Shown here: positions 42,240-56,100 of the stretch, piece by piece
Position numbering within the stretch: the first letter of the stretch is position 1
How the letters are laid out: each line of letters begins with the position of its first letter
Source: Octopus bimaculoides
Lineage: Eukaryota
Assembly: GCF_001194135.2 (NCBI RefSeq)
Contig: NC_068981.1
Span: forward strand, 8,230,172 to 8,294,133
Reading direction: 5' to 3'
Length of the DNA: 63,962 nt
Translations under genes and position numbers: made by a program
Notes under the pieces: generated by a model
Databases searched by the model: none
What the model was told of the DNA's origin: nothing
Seen by the model: only the letters and a program-made list of their open reading frames with translations

Positions 42240-45200
42240 GTCTTTGTGTCTGTGTTTGTCCACCTCCACTGCTTGACAGCTGGTATTGGTGTGTTTATGT
42301 CCCCGTAACCTAGTAGCTCAGCAAAAGAGACTGTTGGAGGAAGTATCAGGCCTAAAAAGAATTAAAAGCACTGGAGTCAATTCATTCAACAAAGATTCTC
42401 CGAGGCAGTGCCCCAGCATGGCCACAATCTAAAGACTGAAATGAATAAAAGATAAAAACTTGCTTTTGACCAAATTTTAATTTCTTATGATTCAGGAAAT
42501 TCACGTTTTTAAGTGAAGGAATTTTTTTGATTCTGATTTTGTGGTCAAGTAGAGGAGGAGGAGGGGATGGTGTTTTGTGCCCTAAAACCAAAATTGAAGA
42601 CAGCTTTGGTTGGTATATGAATCTTGTTTTCTATGTAGGGCCATGTAAAGAAATATTCCATGTGGAAAGGATTGGAGAACAAGACGTCCAATTGTCTTGG
42701 AGCTGATCTCTTGATGAAGCTGCTTGCTAATTATTGCCGCAGTGAAGGTCTAAAAGTAGCCATCAGAGTTGGTGTTGTAGGTAAGTAATTTATTAATTGC
42801 AACTAAGATCTCATTAATCATCATCATCATCATCATCCCGTACTGGTGCCTCATGAAATGCACCCAGTACACACTGCAAAGTGGTTGGCATTAGGAAGGA
42901 CATCCAGTTGTAGAAACCATGCCAAAACAGACAAATGGCATTGTCTGGGCAGCTGTCTGGCTTTTCAGCTCCTGTTGAACCATCCAACCCATGCCAGCAT
43001 GGAAAACAGATATCAAAGGTTGACCATCATCAATAGCAACCAAATAGAAATTATTGATTTCTCTTCAAGTGAACCTCTACGTGGTCAGCTGGCTTGCTTG
43101 ACATATCAGCCAAGTCTACTTTAAATCATACTTTGAGGAAAGAACACATCAAACAATGTAGTCCAAGACATACATATCATAGTTGTATATATATATACAC
43201 ATTGATTTGGCAATATGTGGTACTTGAAGACCCATCAAGCCAAGTGAAATCATAGTTGTGACCAATGCTGGTGGCACGTAAAGTGTTGGGCCTTACGGAG
43301 GCAAAGTGGCCGATGCTAGTGGAACATAAGAAGCTGCTTTCAAATGTTAGGCCTCACAGAAGCAATGACGAATGACCAAGACCCTTGGCATTATGTCGTG
43401 CTTGAGAAGAAGACCCATCAAGTGAAATGACGATTGTAGCAGATACTGGTGGCACTTAAGAGCATCCATTACACTCTCGGAGTGGTTGGCATTGGGAAGG
43501 GCATCCAGCCGTAGAAACTCTGCCAAATTAAACTGCAGCCTTCCAGCCTTGCCAGCCCTGGTCAAACCGTCCAACCCATGCCAGCATGGACAATGGGCGT
43601 TAAATGATGATGATGATGACAACTTATAAAAGCCGTTGTATTATACACATTTTCTGGTTTCATAAAAATGCTTAACTGAAAGGAATTCCCTGTTTTTATG
43701 CAATATTTGTCATAAATTCTTGTTGTATTTTCAATAAAAGAGTGTTTTTATATCTCAAAATTGCTGTTTTATTTTGCAAAGTCTCTTCCACAAACCGTTT
43801 CTGTTTCCATTGTACCCAGGTCTACCCAACACTGGTAAAAGCAGTATTATTAACAGCCTTAAACGAAATCGGGCATGCAGAGTTGGTGATGTCCCTGGAA
43901 TTACAAAGTAAGGAACCTGTTTTGGTTTTTGTTAGCATTCATCATGGAATGTTTCTTGTTGGGAAAATTGTGTCTTCTGCCTTTTGTGTGGCAATTAATC
44001 ACTCGATTCTCTAAGAATTGGGGTCTGTTATTTGTCTGGCTGAAGTTGAGATTTGTTGGATAAACATTACGCAACCCTTTAGCATTTAAACTGGTTCAAA
44101 TATCAACTAGCTCAAATATTCTACCTGTTTTATGTTCAACTTGGCCAGATCCAACCTCTCAAACCTACCCTACAATGTCAGTCTAAAAGCAAAGCAATGT
44201 AACTAAATGAACCTTACGGAGTAATCTGAATTCTTAAGGGTCAAAGAAGATAATCTTGTCAGCAGCTTCAGTTATGTCCCATCGTATGGCATATTGGCAC
44301 AGGGACCAGTATGTTTTCAATGGCTTCAGTTTCTAAGTAGGACTTGATGGGTCAGTAGTTTTTTTGTTTTTTTTTAATATTTACTTTTTCAATTGTTCTA
44401 AATCCACTCTGATCTACTGCTTCCACTTCACAGTTACTGTTGGTAATAAATTAATAAACCCAGCCACCCAGTCCTTCTTCCCCCACCCACTTTGTATCTT
44501 GAGGGTCCACCCAGACACCTCATCTCCACCATTTTTTATCTCTGCTCAATCGCTCTGACCCCTTCTTCCAAAATATGAGTAACCATGTAGCTTTTCTACA
44601 ACAGAAGAACCCGTTTTGTTCTGGGCTCCTTCTCTCATTCTTCTCCTAGCATCAAGCCTCCTCTCTTGAAGTTTGTAGTCTAGCAAACTGCATGGCAGCC
44701 TCACTTGTGCTGGCAGCACACAAAACACACTCAATACATGCTGTACAATGGCTGACTTTAATTGGTTCTCTGTCAGTTACAATGACAAGCATCCCCGTTG
44801 ATCCGATCAACCAAACATCCTGCTTGTGGAATTAACGTACAAGTGGCTGAGCACTCCACAGACACGTTTACCTTAATGTAGTTCTCAAGATTTAGAATGA
44901 CATAGAATATGACAATGTTGTCCCTCCCCCCCCTGAATTACAGGTACAATTTATTTTTACCAGCTTAGTGGACTGGAGCATCGTAAAACAAAGTATCTTG
45001 CTCAAGGACACAATCCATTAGCAGGTATTGAACTCATGACATCACGATCATAAGTCAAATACCCTAACCACTTAGCTACATGCTTTTGGCTGACATTAGG
45101 AAAGGCATCCATCTACAGAAACGATGCCATGACTGACAATGGAGCAGGATGTTGTCCTTGGGGTCACTGGATCCTGTCGCAGTTGATAGTAGATCAGCCT

Positions 45201-46842
45201 TGCCCTTCATTTAGTCTCTGTTGATATTAAGTTTGACCCGTTTTTCATAGTTTGCCTATAATTGTAGCTTTACTGAATTCCTGCAATTCTTGCTCTGTGT
45301 TTGAATTATTTGTTTTTTGGGTTTTTTCCACAGATCAATGCAAGTAATAAGCTTAACAAAGAATATCAAACTCTTGGATAGTCCTGGTGTTGTCATGTCC
45401 GATAATCCCTCGGGTACTTCTCTGATCCTGAAAAACTGTGTCAAGGTATGTTGATCTTTTATTCAACTCTGAAGTGTCTTTCGTTATTTTCTTTTTTTTT
45501 TTTCATATTTTGTGTTTACCGTTGTTGCAGATACAATGCTTGCCTCTCAACCACACACTTTAGTTGTCATTAGTGTTATTTCAATTGATTGATGTCATTA
45601 GTTGAACAAGATCTTTGACCTTTGTGAGTTTAAGAAGGCTTATCTGCTAATCCAAGTCCTTAGATCAATGTGTGTTCCAGAAATGGAGAATTTTGACAAA
45701 ATAATTTTGTGATGACTGGTGTTGCCATCCGGTTTCACCAGTCCTCAGTCAAATCGTCCAACCCATGCTAGCATGGAAAGCGGACGTTAAACGATGATGA
45801 TGATGAATGTTGTGTGATATTTCCCTATTCAAGAACCCATCCATTTTTAGCAATGCTTTACCATTTGTACAGCAAAACACCTATATTTGTCCCCTGTATA
45901 CCTTAAATCTCTCAAAAGGCACAAAGCCACACCCACTCAATTCTGCTTCCCCTCCTGCCAGTCAGAGGTGGGGGGGTTCCTTGCCTTGCAACGTGATCCT
46001 GTTGGNNNNNNNNNNNNNNNNNNNNNNNNNNNNNNNNNNNNNNNNNNNNNNNNNNNNNNNNNNNNNNNNNNNNNNNNNNNNNNNNNNNNNNNNNNNNNNN
46101 NNNNNNNNNNNNNNNNNNNNNNNNNNNNNNNNNNNNNNNNNNNNNNNNNNNNNNNNNNNNNNNNNNNNNNNNNNNNNNNNNNNNNNNNNNNNNNNNNNNN
46201 NNNNNNNNNNNNNNNNNNNNNNNNNNNNNNNNNNNNNNNNNNNNNNNNNNNNNNNNNNNNNNNNNNNNNNNNNNNNNNNNNNNNNNNNNNNNNNNNNNNN
46301 NNNNNNNNNNNNNNNNNNNNNNNNNNNNNNNNNNNNNNNNNNGGGGGTAATGGACATTAAATGACGATGATGATAGTTTCGGATTAGTTTTGATATTCAA
46401 TAAAAGAGAAACAAACTGAACAGAGTTTCAATATGTAGAGCGAATTATTGATAGTTATCCAGTTGACTGAAAAATGGAAGGATTCATGAAATTTTCATTT
46501 TATTTTGGATGGTAATTATTAGGTTTCTGAAATTGATGATCCTTCAACAGCAGTAGAGACAATCCTGAAACGATGTAACAAAGAACAGGTAAGAATATTT
46601 TGGTTTCCTTCATTCTTCAAAACTGTCAGAGTTATGCAACAAATTTTTTTTCATTTCATGAAATAAGTTTAAATTAAAGTGAATTGTTGTGTGGCCCTAA
46701 ATGGCCCCTTTCTGCTGGAGTGACTTTTCTACAGGAGAAAATGCCTTTAGCAATGGCACAGTCATTGGCCCCAGATCTAGCAGAAAATGAAGTGAAAGAA
46801 GCAAGTAATCTGATTTGGTAGTTCAGCATACATACATATGTG

Positions 46843-46908
<66 letters not shown>

Positions 46909-46938
46909 ATGTGTGTGTGTATATATATATATATATGT

Positions 46939-46972
<34 letters not shown>

Positions 46973-47389
46973 GAAAATCATTCGAGCAAGGTCGTTGCCA
47001 GTGCCGCTTGACTGGCTCCCGTGCAGGTGGCACGTAAAAAACACCATTTTGAGCGTGGCCTTTGCCAGTACCGTGTGACTGGCCCTCATGCCGGTGGCAC
47101 GTAAAAGCACCCACTACACTCTCAGAGTGGTTGGCGTTAGGAAGGGCATCCAGCTGTACAAACTCTGCCAGATCAGATTGGAGCCTGGCGTAGCCTTCTG
47201 GCTTGCCAGTCCTCAGTCAAATCGTCCAACCCATGCTAGCATGGAAAGCAGACTTTAAATGATGATGATGATGATGATGATATATATATGTGTGTGTGTG
47301 TGTATATATGTGCATACATACATGTATGTATGTGCATGTGTCTTCTACTATAGCCTATAGCCCCAGGTTAACCAAAACCTTGTAAGGCA

Positions 47390-47439
<50 letters not shown>

Positions 47440-50072
47440 AATGTATTTACTGGCCTTTTGTTCACTCTCAGCTAGATTTGTTATATTTATAAAATTGTAT
47501 TTCTAAATTACAGTTTTCCTATGAAATGTTGGGTTCTTGATTGCAGTGTAAATGTCTTCAATCCATGAACACATTAAGAAAAGGTCTACCTGAAGAATAT
47601 CTGATATGACCGCTCATTAAGAGGCTTTGATAATTAAATTCCTTAGAAATTACCTTTCTAACATAACACTTTGCCTTTCTGAAGACCACGAGGTGGGAAC
47701 CACATGACTGTCGCAAATATCTTTTACTTTTGCCTCTCTTAATAACAAAAAGTAAATCTTTGATTTTATTGCTGTTACTACTTTTATGTTGCTTCCAATA
47801 CCATTGAAAGCACTAATGGAATGATTCTGTTTTTCATAGATCATGATACACTACAAGATTCCAAAATATAATGATACTATGGAATTCCTTGCTATTCTTG
47901 CACGAAAATGGGGCTATTTCAAGAAAGGTGGTTCTCCAGATATCAACAAATCTGCCAAAGTTATTCTACAACATTGGAACAGGTAACCACATTCACTATA
48001 TTCCAGCCTTTATTCTTTAGTCTATCCTAATTCTTCAAATCCACTTGGTCCCTTATTACCATTTCTTCAATTTCTAACCATATCCACCACAACAACACCT
48101 CATGTCATGTTCAATAAGATTGCTCTGGTTACATCTCCCTGTTATAGTAAACAGTTGACCGTGTTGAAAGATGTGGCTGTTGACCAATTCTTATATTTAA
48201 ATGTTGAACACTTTCCACTGAGTGGTTGGCGTTAGGAAGGGCATCCAGCCGTAGAAACTCTGCCAAATTTAGATTGGAGCCTGGTGTTGCCATCCGGTTT
48301 CACCAGTCCTCAGTCAAGTCGTCCAACCCATGCTAGCATGGAAAGCGGACGTTAAACGATGATAATGATGCTTAATTGACGAGTTGATAATTACTGATGT
48401 CTTTCTAAATCTTCGCACCTAACCTCTCTGTGTGTGTCCCCTAATCTTGACCTCATACATTGATTGTAAACAAAGTCATTGGTCTTACAAAATAGTGAGA
48501 CTTGTTTGCTGCCTTCCATGAAAACATGTCCGGCCATTGAACTGTTTGTGTTCGAAGGACTGGAAGAAATATTACCATGGAAATAGATGGGCATCCAGTT
48601 CTAGAAACTCTGATCCATACAAGTATGGAAAAGTGGATGTTAAATGATAATGACAGACTTCAGCAGCTTAATTAATACAACTAAAACAACATAGATCTAT
48701 AATGAATTCATAAGAACCCTAAAAATAAGTGTTTTGTGGTTTTACTGGTGATAAATTCCCCTCAAATCATCTAATACTGAAGAAGTAATATACGCTATCA
48801 TCCTTTTTCCATGCTGGCATGGGTTGGATGGTTTCACAGGAGCTGGCAAGGCAGACGACTACACCAAGCTCCCAGTGTCTGCTTTGGCATGGTTTCTATG
48901 GTTAGATGCCCTTCCTAGTGTCAGTCACTTTACAGAGAGTGTAATGTGAGCTTTTTTCATGGCACCAAGTAACTTGTGAGAAAAGATCCACTTAAACTGA
49001 GCAAGGATGTATTATTGAGAGAAGTGGCTTTTTGCTGGGTGATGAGAGGTTAAAATATGATAGAAGGACAGGGACAGGTGTCTTACTGTAGATATATTTC
49101 ATTACCCCCAAGTGTATTAACGATCCTTTTACATATTAAATATAAAAGTAATGCTTGTCAAGTTGACGAAATGGATGATTAAGGATTCATCATCAATGTT
49201 TAACGTCCGTTTTCCATGCTGGCATGGGATCGATGGTTCAACTGGGGTCTGGAAAGCCAGGAGGCAGCACCAGTCTGATCTGGCAATGTTTCTACTGCTG
49301 GATGCCCTTCCTAATGCTAACCACTCCGAGAGTGTAGTGGGTGCTTTTTACATGCCACCAGCACAGGGGCTAGCATCAACCACAATCGGATGGTGCTTTT
49401 TTACATGCCACCAGCACGGGGACCACAACTACGATTTCCATTTGATTGTAATTTGATTTCATTTTGATGTTTGTTTATTTCAGTGGTCGCATCAGCTATT
49501 ATACCGAGCCACCCGAAAACGTTACTGCGCATGTCAGTGCAGAAATTGTTAGCGAAATGGGGAAGTCCTTTGACTTGGATGCCATTAAAGATGAAGAAAT
49601 TCAGATATTAAATCGTAAGTGATGGTTTTCATACAAACTACCACCACAACCAATGCTGCTATGTCCATCTTGAGTGTTTGTAATGTTGGTGTTTTAGGAA
49701 CACAAACTGATATCAGTATGTATGATTGATGATTGACCTGAAGATTGATTGAAGGGTCTACAGCTATAAAGAGTTTGTATGATTGATGACTGACCTGAAC
49801 ATTGATTGAAGGGTCTACAGCCATAGTTTGTATGATTGATGACTGACTTGAAGATTGAAGGGTCTACAGCCATAAAGAGTTTGTATGATTGATGACTGAC
49901 CTGAAGATTGATTGAAGGGTCTACAGCCATAAAGAGCTTGTATGATTGATGACTGACCTGAAGATTGATTGAAGGGTCTACAGCCATAAAGAGCTTGCTT
50001 CAAAAGTTCATATCCTTGCATTATATTTCTCTCTAAGCTTGTGTGTGTCCCCACATAACAACAATTACCAAG

Positions 50073-50105
<33 letters not shown>

Positions 50106-53100
50106 CGCAGGAGTGGCTGTGTGGTAAGTAGCTTGCTTACCAACCACATGATTCCGGGTTCAGTCCCACTGCGTGTCACCTTGGGCAAGTGTCTTCTACT
50201 ATAGCCTCGGGCCGACCAAAACCTTGTGAGCGGATTTGGTAGACGGAAACTGAAAGAAGCCCGTTGTATGTATTTGTGTGTCTGTGTTTGTCCTCCCTAC
50301 CATCGCTTGACAACCAATGCTGGTGTGTTTACATCCCCGTAACTTAGCGGTTCGGCAAAAGAGACTGATAGAATAAGTCCTGGGGTCGATTTGTTTGACT
50401 AAAAGCGGTGCTCCAGCATGGCTGCAGTCAAATGACTGAAACAAAAAAATAAAAGAATATATAGCAAATGAAAGACAGAAGATGAAATATACGAGAATTT
50501 ATTATTGATCACAATTGTTTTGACACATTTAGCCTCGATCCCTCACGGGTGGGACACTCAACAACTGGTTCATATCATAAGCACAGGTGTGGCTGTGTGG
50601 TAAGAAGTTTGCTTCTTGAATGCATGGCTCCAGGTTCAGTCCCACTTTGTGGTACCTTGGGCAAGTGTCTTCTTTTCTACTCTAGACACAAGGCCTGAAA
50701 TTTTGGGGGAGGAGGCCAGTCGATTAGATTGAGCCCAGTATGCAACTGGTACTTAATTTATTGACCCCCAAAAGGATGAAAGACAAAGTTGACCTCAGCA
50801 GAATTTGAACTCAGAACATAAAGACAGACGAAATACTGCTAAGCATTTTGTCTGGTGTGCCAACGTTTCTGCCAGCTCGCCATCTTTGGACAAGTGTGTT
50901 CTATTATGGCCTCACATTGACCAAGGCCTTGTGAGTGGATTTGGTAGAGGGAAACTGAAAGAAGCCTGTCATACATACATGTGTGTCTTTGTGTCGGTGT
51001 TTATCCCCAACCACTGCTTCACACCGGGTGTTGGTGTGTTTACATCTCTGTAACTTAGCAGTTCGGCAAAAGCGACCAATAGATTAAGTATTGGGCTCAA
51101 GAAAAAAGAAAAGTACTGGAGTCAATTGATTCAACTAAACTTCTTCAAAGTGATACTCCAGCATGGCCACAGTCCAAATGGCTGGGGAAAAAAAGGTTAA
51201 AAACAAAAGATAAAGAGGTGCAGGTGTGGCTATGTACCAACTCTGAAGGCCAGTGGTCAACTGGTTCAGGGAGTTGAACTCCTGATTCTGTTTGTGAGTT
51301 CATTTCCTGGGTCAGGTGGTATGTTATTCCCTGAACAAGGTCCTTTCATTTCATTGTTGCTCCAGCTTTGCGCTGGCACAACCCTCTCTCCAACAAGCTC
51401 AAAGTTCCTCTGGTTCGTTGGTGGAGAGGCCAAGAAGACGCCTCTGTCTGCTCACAACTGCAAAGACAAAAGGCAATACTTCAAGTACAAGATGTACAAA
51501 CTAATTAGACTTCAATCTGGAGTTCGTTTTAAGGAGGCAAGCTAGCAGAATTGGTACTGCACCAGGAGAGATGCTTAGTGGCATTTCTTCCAACTTCGCA
51601 TTCTGAGTTCAAATCCCACCAAAGTCAACTTAGTCTTTTATCCTTTCAGGGTTGATAAAATAAGCACCAGTTGAACGTTGGGGTCTATGTACACAACTTA
51701 TCCCCTCACACACACACACACCAATTGCTGGCCTTGTGCAAAAATTCGAAACCAACATGTTAAACCCTTAACAAAACACTGTACCACTGATCAATCTACG
51801 TTTCCAGATCCCCCTTACCCTGGCACCCACCAAAATAAGATTTATGCAAAGACGGGTCTATTTTCAAACAATGTTCTTTTAGCAGGGTTGTTGAAAGAAT
51901 TGCTAAATAGAATTCTGAAGACTGTTGTGATGTCGACAAAAGGACTTTGCTAAATAATCTACCCCACATGTGTGCTGTGTCCACTCACTGTTTTTACCTC
52001 TGTACTATAATGGCCTCCACTCCTCAGAGTTGGCTGTTCTTGTCCCTCCTCCGCTCAACCCCCTTCATCTCTCCATCTTTTATCCGCCTTGCTGTGTCCA
52101 AGCCATACTTTCCTTATCACTATGGTCGATCCTTCCTCTTCACAACATCATCCATCTGAAATCTTCTCCTGCAGACAGAACAGTAACAATATAAACCCCT
52201 CAGCCAAGGGTCAAGAGCTGTGCCTCTTCTACACCAGTGGTTCTTAACCAGGGTCCATTTAAGATTCTGTTGTTAAAATATATCTGCACTAAATTGATTG
52301 TGGCTGTGTGGTAAGTAGCTTGCTTACCAACCACATGGTTCCGGGTTCAGTCCTACTGCGTGGCACCTTGGGCAAGTGTCTTCTACTTGTGAGTGGATTT
52401 GGTAGATGGAAACTGAAAGAAGCCCGTCGTATATATATGTATGTATTTGTGTGTCTGTGTTTTTCCCCCCTACCATCGCTTGACTACTGATGCTGGTGTG
52501 TTTACGTCCCTGTAACTTAGCAGTTCAGCAAAAGTGATTGATAGAATAAGTACTAGGCTTACAAAGAATAAGTCCTGGGGTCGATTTGCTCGACTAAAGG
52601 TGGTGCTCCAGCATGGCCACAGCCAAATGACTGAAACAAATAAAAGAATAAAAAATAAGAGAAAACGTTTTAACAATTTTTTAATATAAAATGTGATTTT
52701 TTTTCAACCTGAAATGAGTATGGAGGTTCATGGGAATTAAAGGGGTCGATTGGCAAAAAGTGGTTGAGGCCCACTGATCTAGAGTCTTCAAGCTGAAAAG
52801 GGAAAATAGGACTGATTGACCTAAAACTAAACCAATACAAGTAAACCAAATCTAGATTTGGTTTTTATTTAAAAGAAAATAAGACTCTGCTGACCGGGAC
52901 TGAAGTATAATCTGGGGGGAATTAGTGTGCTTTGATCTCTTGTATTTTATTTTATAATAATTTTAATGAGATGCAAATCAAGTTTCTGAGAAAAGAAGGG
53001 TTTTTTTACTGAATTAAATGTATTAACCATTTTGATTTAAACCAGTCGTATCCGAACCAAATATTCAACAAGGTTTTATGTTCAGACTGGTCAGATCCAG

Positions 53101-56100
53101 CCTCTCACGCCTATCCTGTAATGTCGTTTTAAAAATAGAGAATCACGTCATTGAAATCTCAAAGCTACGAGATAATGCAGGATTAATTCAAAGCAATGTG
53201 AATAAATAAATGTTAGGTTTGAGGAAATAATTTGAATGCAAAATGGTTCATGAGGATGGAGTTGTGAAGCAGCTCTGCACATCATCATCATCATCGTTTT
53301 ACGTCTGTTTTCCATGTTGGCATGGGTTGGACAGTTTGAATGAGGACTGGTGAAACCAGATGGCTACACCAGGCTCCAATTTGATCTGGCAGAGTTTCTA
53401 CAGCTGGATGCCCTTCCTAATGCCAACCACTCCAAGAGTGTAGTGGGTGCTTTTTACATGCCGCCAGCACGGGTGGGGGGGCTGGCATTGACCACATTCG
53501 AATGGTGCTTTTTATGTGCCGCCGGCATGGGGAACCAGTCAGGCGAATCTGGCAGCAACCCACGCATGACTGGTGCTTATTGCATGCCGCCAGCATGGGA
53601 ACCAGTCAGGCCGCACTGGTATGAGCCACAGCTACAATTTCCATTTGATTATGATTTTGGTTTTACTTGACTCAACAGGTCTCCTCAAGCACAGCATGTC
53701 GCTCGATGATTTAAAAGTACTTTTTAGATGGACTGGTTATGTGACCCTGGTGTAGACTACGGCTGTGATCTCACTTCCCTTGCTGGGTCTTCTCAGTCAC
53801 AGCAGATCTCCATAGGTCTTGGTCTTTTGTCATTGCCTCTGTGAGGCCCAACGTTCAAAGGTCATGCTTCACTACTTCCTCCCATATCTCCCTATGTCTC
53901 CCTCTTCTATGGGTTCTTTCCACTGTTAGAGAGTGACACTTCTTCACACAGCTCTCCTCATCCATATGCAGCATATAACCATACCAGTGCAATCGTCTCT
54001 CTTGCACACCACATCTGATGCATCTTATGTCCTACATTTCTCTATCTAGTATGCACACTGACATCACACATCCAGCAGAGCATACTGGCTTCATTTCTTT
54101 TTAGCTTACGCATGTCTTCAGCAGTCACAGCCCATGATTCACTGCCATGTAACATGGCAGTCCGCACACATGCATCATACAATCTACGCGTTGCAGAATG
54201 AAAACCTAACTTTCATTATGTTTCTGTTTACCTTATTTCAGATTCTAAACCTATGAGTAGCAGCTTCATCCCCGTCCCAGGATCGCAGCCAGTTACGTGT
54301 GTCATGGACAAGAAAGTTGCTAAGTCCATTGCAAGACAACAACTTCTTGGAATAGAAGAATCTAATGAAGAAGAAGTGGAAAGCATGGATGAAAATGAAG
54401 CCCCAGAAGCAACTGAGGTATTTTACAGAATCTGAATGAAATATTCTTAATATCGACAAATTTAAAATAATTATTGTGATTCTAAAACTAAGATGTATAT
54501 TGTAGAAGAGGTATATCTATGGGGGGAATATACTGAGAGCATATTTAGCAAAATATTTTGGCAATGCAAAACCAAGTCGTTGTCATCGTTTAACATCCGC
54601 CTTCCCTGCTAGCATGGGTGGGACAGTTTCACAAGAGCCAGCCAGGCAGAAGCCTGCACCAGACTTCTGTGACTGTTTTGGCATGATTTTTACAGCTGGA
54701 TGCCCTTCCAAATACCAACCACCCAGCAGCAGACTAGACTTGGTGCTTTTTCGTGGAACAAGCACAGGCAAGGTCAGTTCTGGCAAGCTTTTTTACAGCT
54801 GGATGCCCTTCCAAACACTTCATAGTGTGGATTGGGTGCTCTTTAAGTGGCACCTGCACTGACAGGGTCACCAAGTACTTGCAAGACAAAAAAAAAAAAG
54901 TAGAAACATGAAAATAATTAGAATTTCTTTAAATGAATTAGTGCCAGGTATGACATCTTATACAAAAAGGTTGCTTTTTGTGGTAATTAAGAAGTCAGGA
55001 ATTCAAAATCATATCAGACAAAAAATTCTGTGATTCTGGATAGGAAATGAAGAGGTGAGGTTCAATTGATAAACTTACCTGTGGCTCCTGTTAATATAAG
55101 CAACAGGTGAGGTGTTAGCATGAACAACTCTCACCTGGATAGCAGATTGGAAGGGATCAGTCATTGTATGACACAGGGACCATCTTAATCATTGTTTTAA
55201 TGTTCACTTTCCCATGTTTCCATAAGATAATCTAAATCTGTTGAGGCAAATTCTCTGTGGCTGAATGCCCTTCTTGTTGCCAACCCTCACCTCTTTCCAA
55301 GTAATATTTCCCTACCACCAGACATAGGTTTTTCATGAGAGACTGAAAACGAATAGCATTGCTTGTGTGAGTGTGATCCTTGCTTACAACCATCTCTTGA
55401 TGTCAAGACAAGGCTATATGCAAACACACACGAGTTCTGAAATTATACAAAAAAACAAAAGACTGAAGACAAGTGAGAGATTAGGTGGATTAGTTTGATG
55501 CTCAGGGAAAATGGAAGAAGCTTTTGGTGTTTCTACAGAAAGGAAAAATAAATGTATCTGGATTGATGGGGCTTCTTTCAGTTTCCATCTTCCAAATCTA
55601 CTTGCAAAGCTTTGGTCAGCCCAGGATTACAGTAAGACACTTGCCCAAGGTGACACACAGTGGGACTGAGCCTAAAACCATGTGATTTGGAAGCAAGCTT
55701 GTTGCCACCCTTGCACCCCTATACAGCCTGGTATCCCTTTATAAGTTTGCATCTGGGATAAATAATTTTTCTGTCTTGTTTCAGTTGCAAAACACTAAGA
55801 TATGCTTAAGTGGATCGCAAGCCACATCAACAACCAGTTTAGCCTCATCGACATCATCCAGTCAGAGCAGGAAAAATAAGGATGGACCCCATGTAGAACA
55901 GAAGAATAAAAGTCGCAAAGAAGACTTCAAGAAAATGAAGAAACTGAGAAAGAAGTCAGGTAAGTAATTAATTACGGCATCATTAAATGTAACGAGCTGG
56001 CAGTAATCATTACTGGAAATATTACTTCCAGCTCTTTACATTCTGAGTTCAAATTCCAGAGATCACCTTTGCCTTTCACCCTTTCAGGTCCAATAAAAAT

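Noticed and set aside
49718-49995. CRISPR-like regular repeat
   Set aside because: Contiguous tandem units without unique spacers, no cas genes, eukaryotic intron
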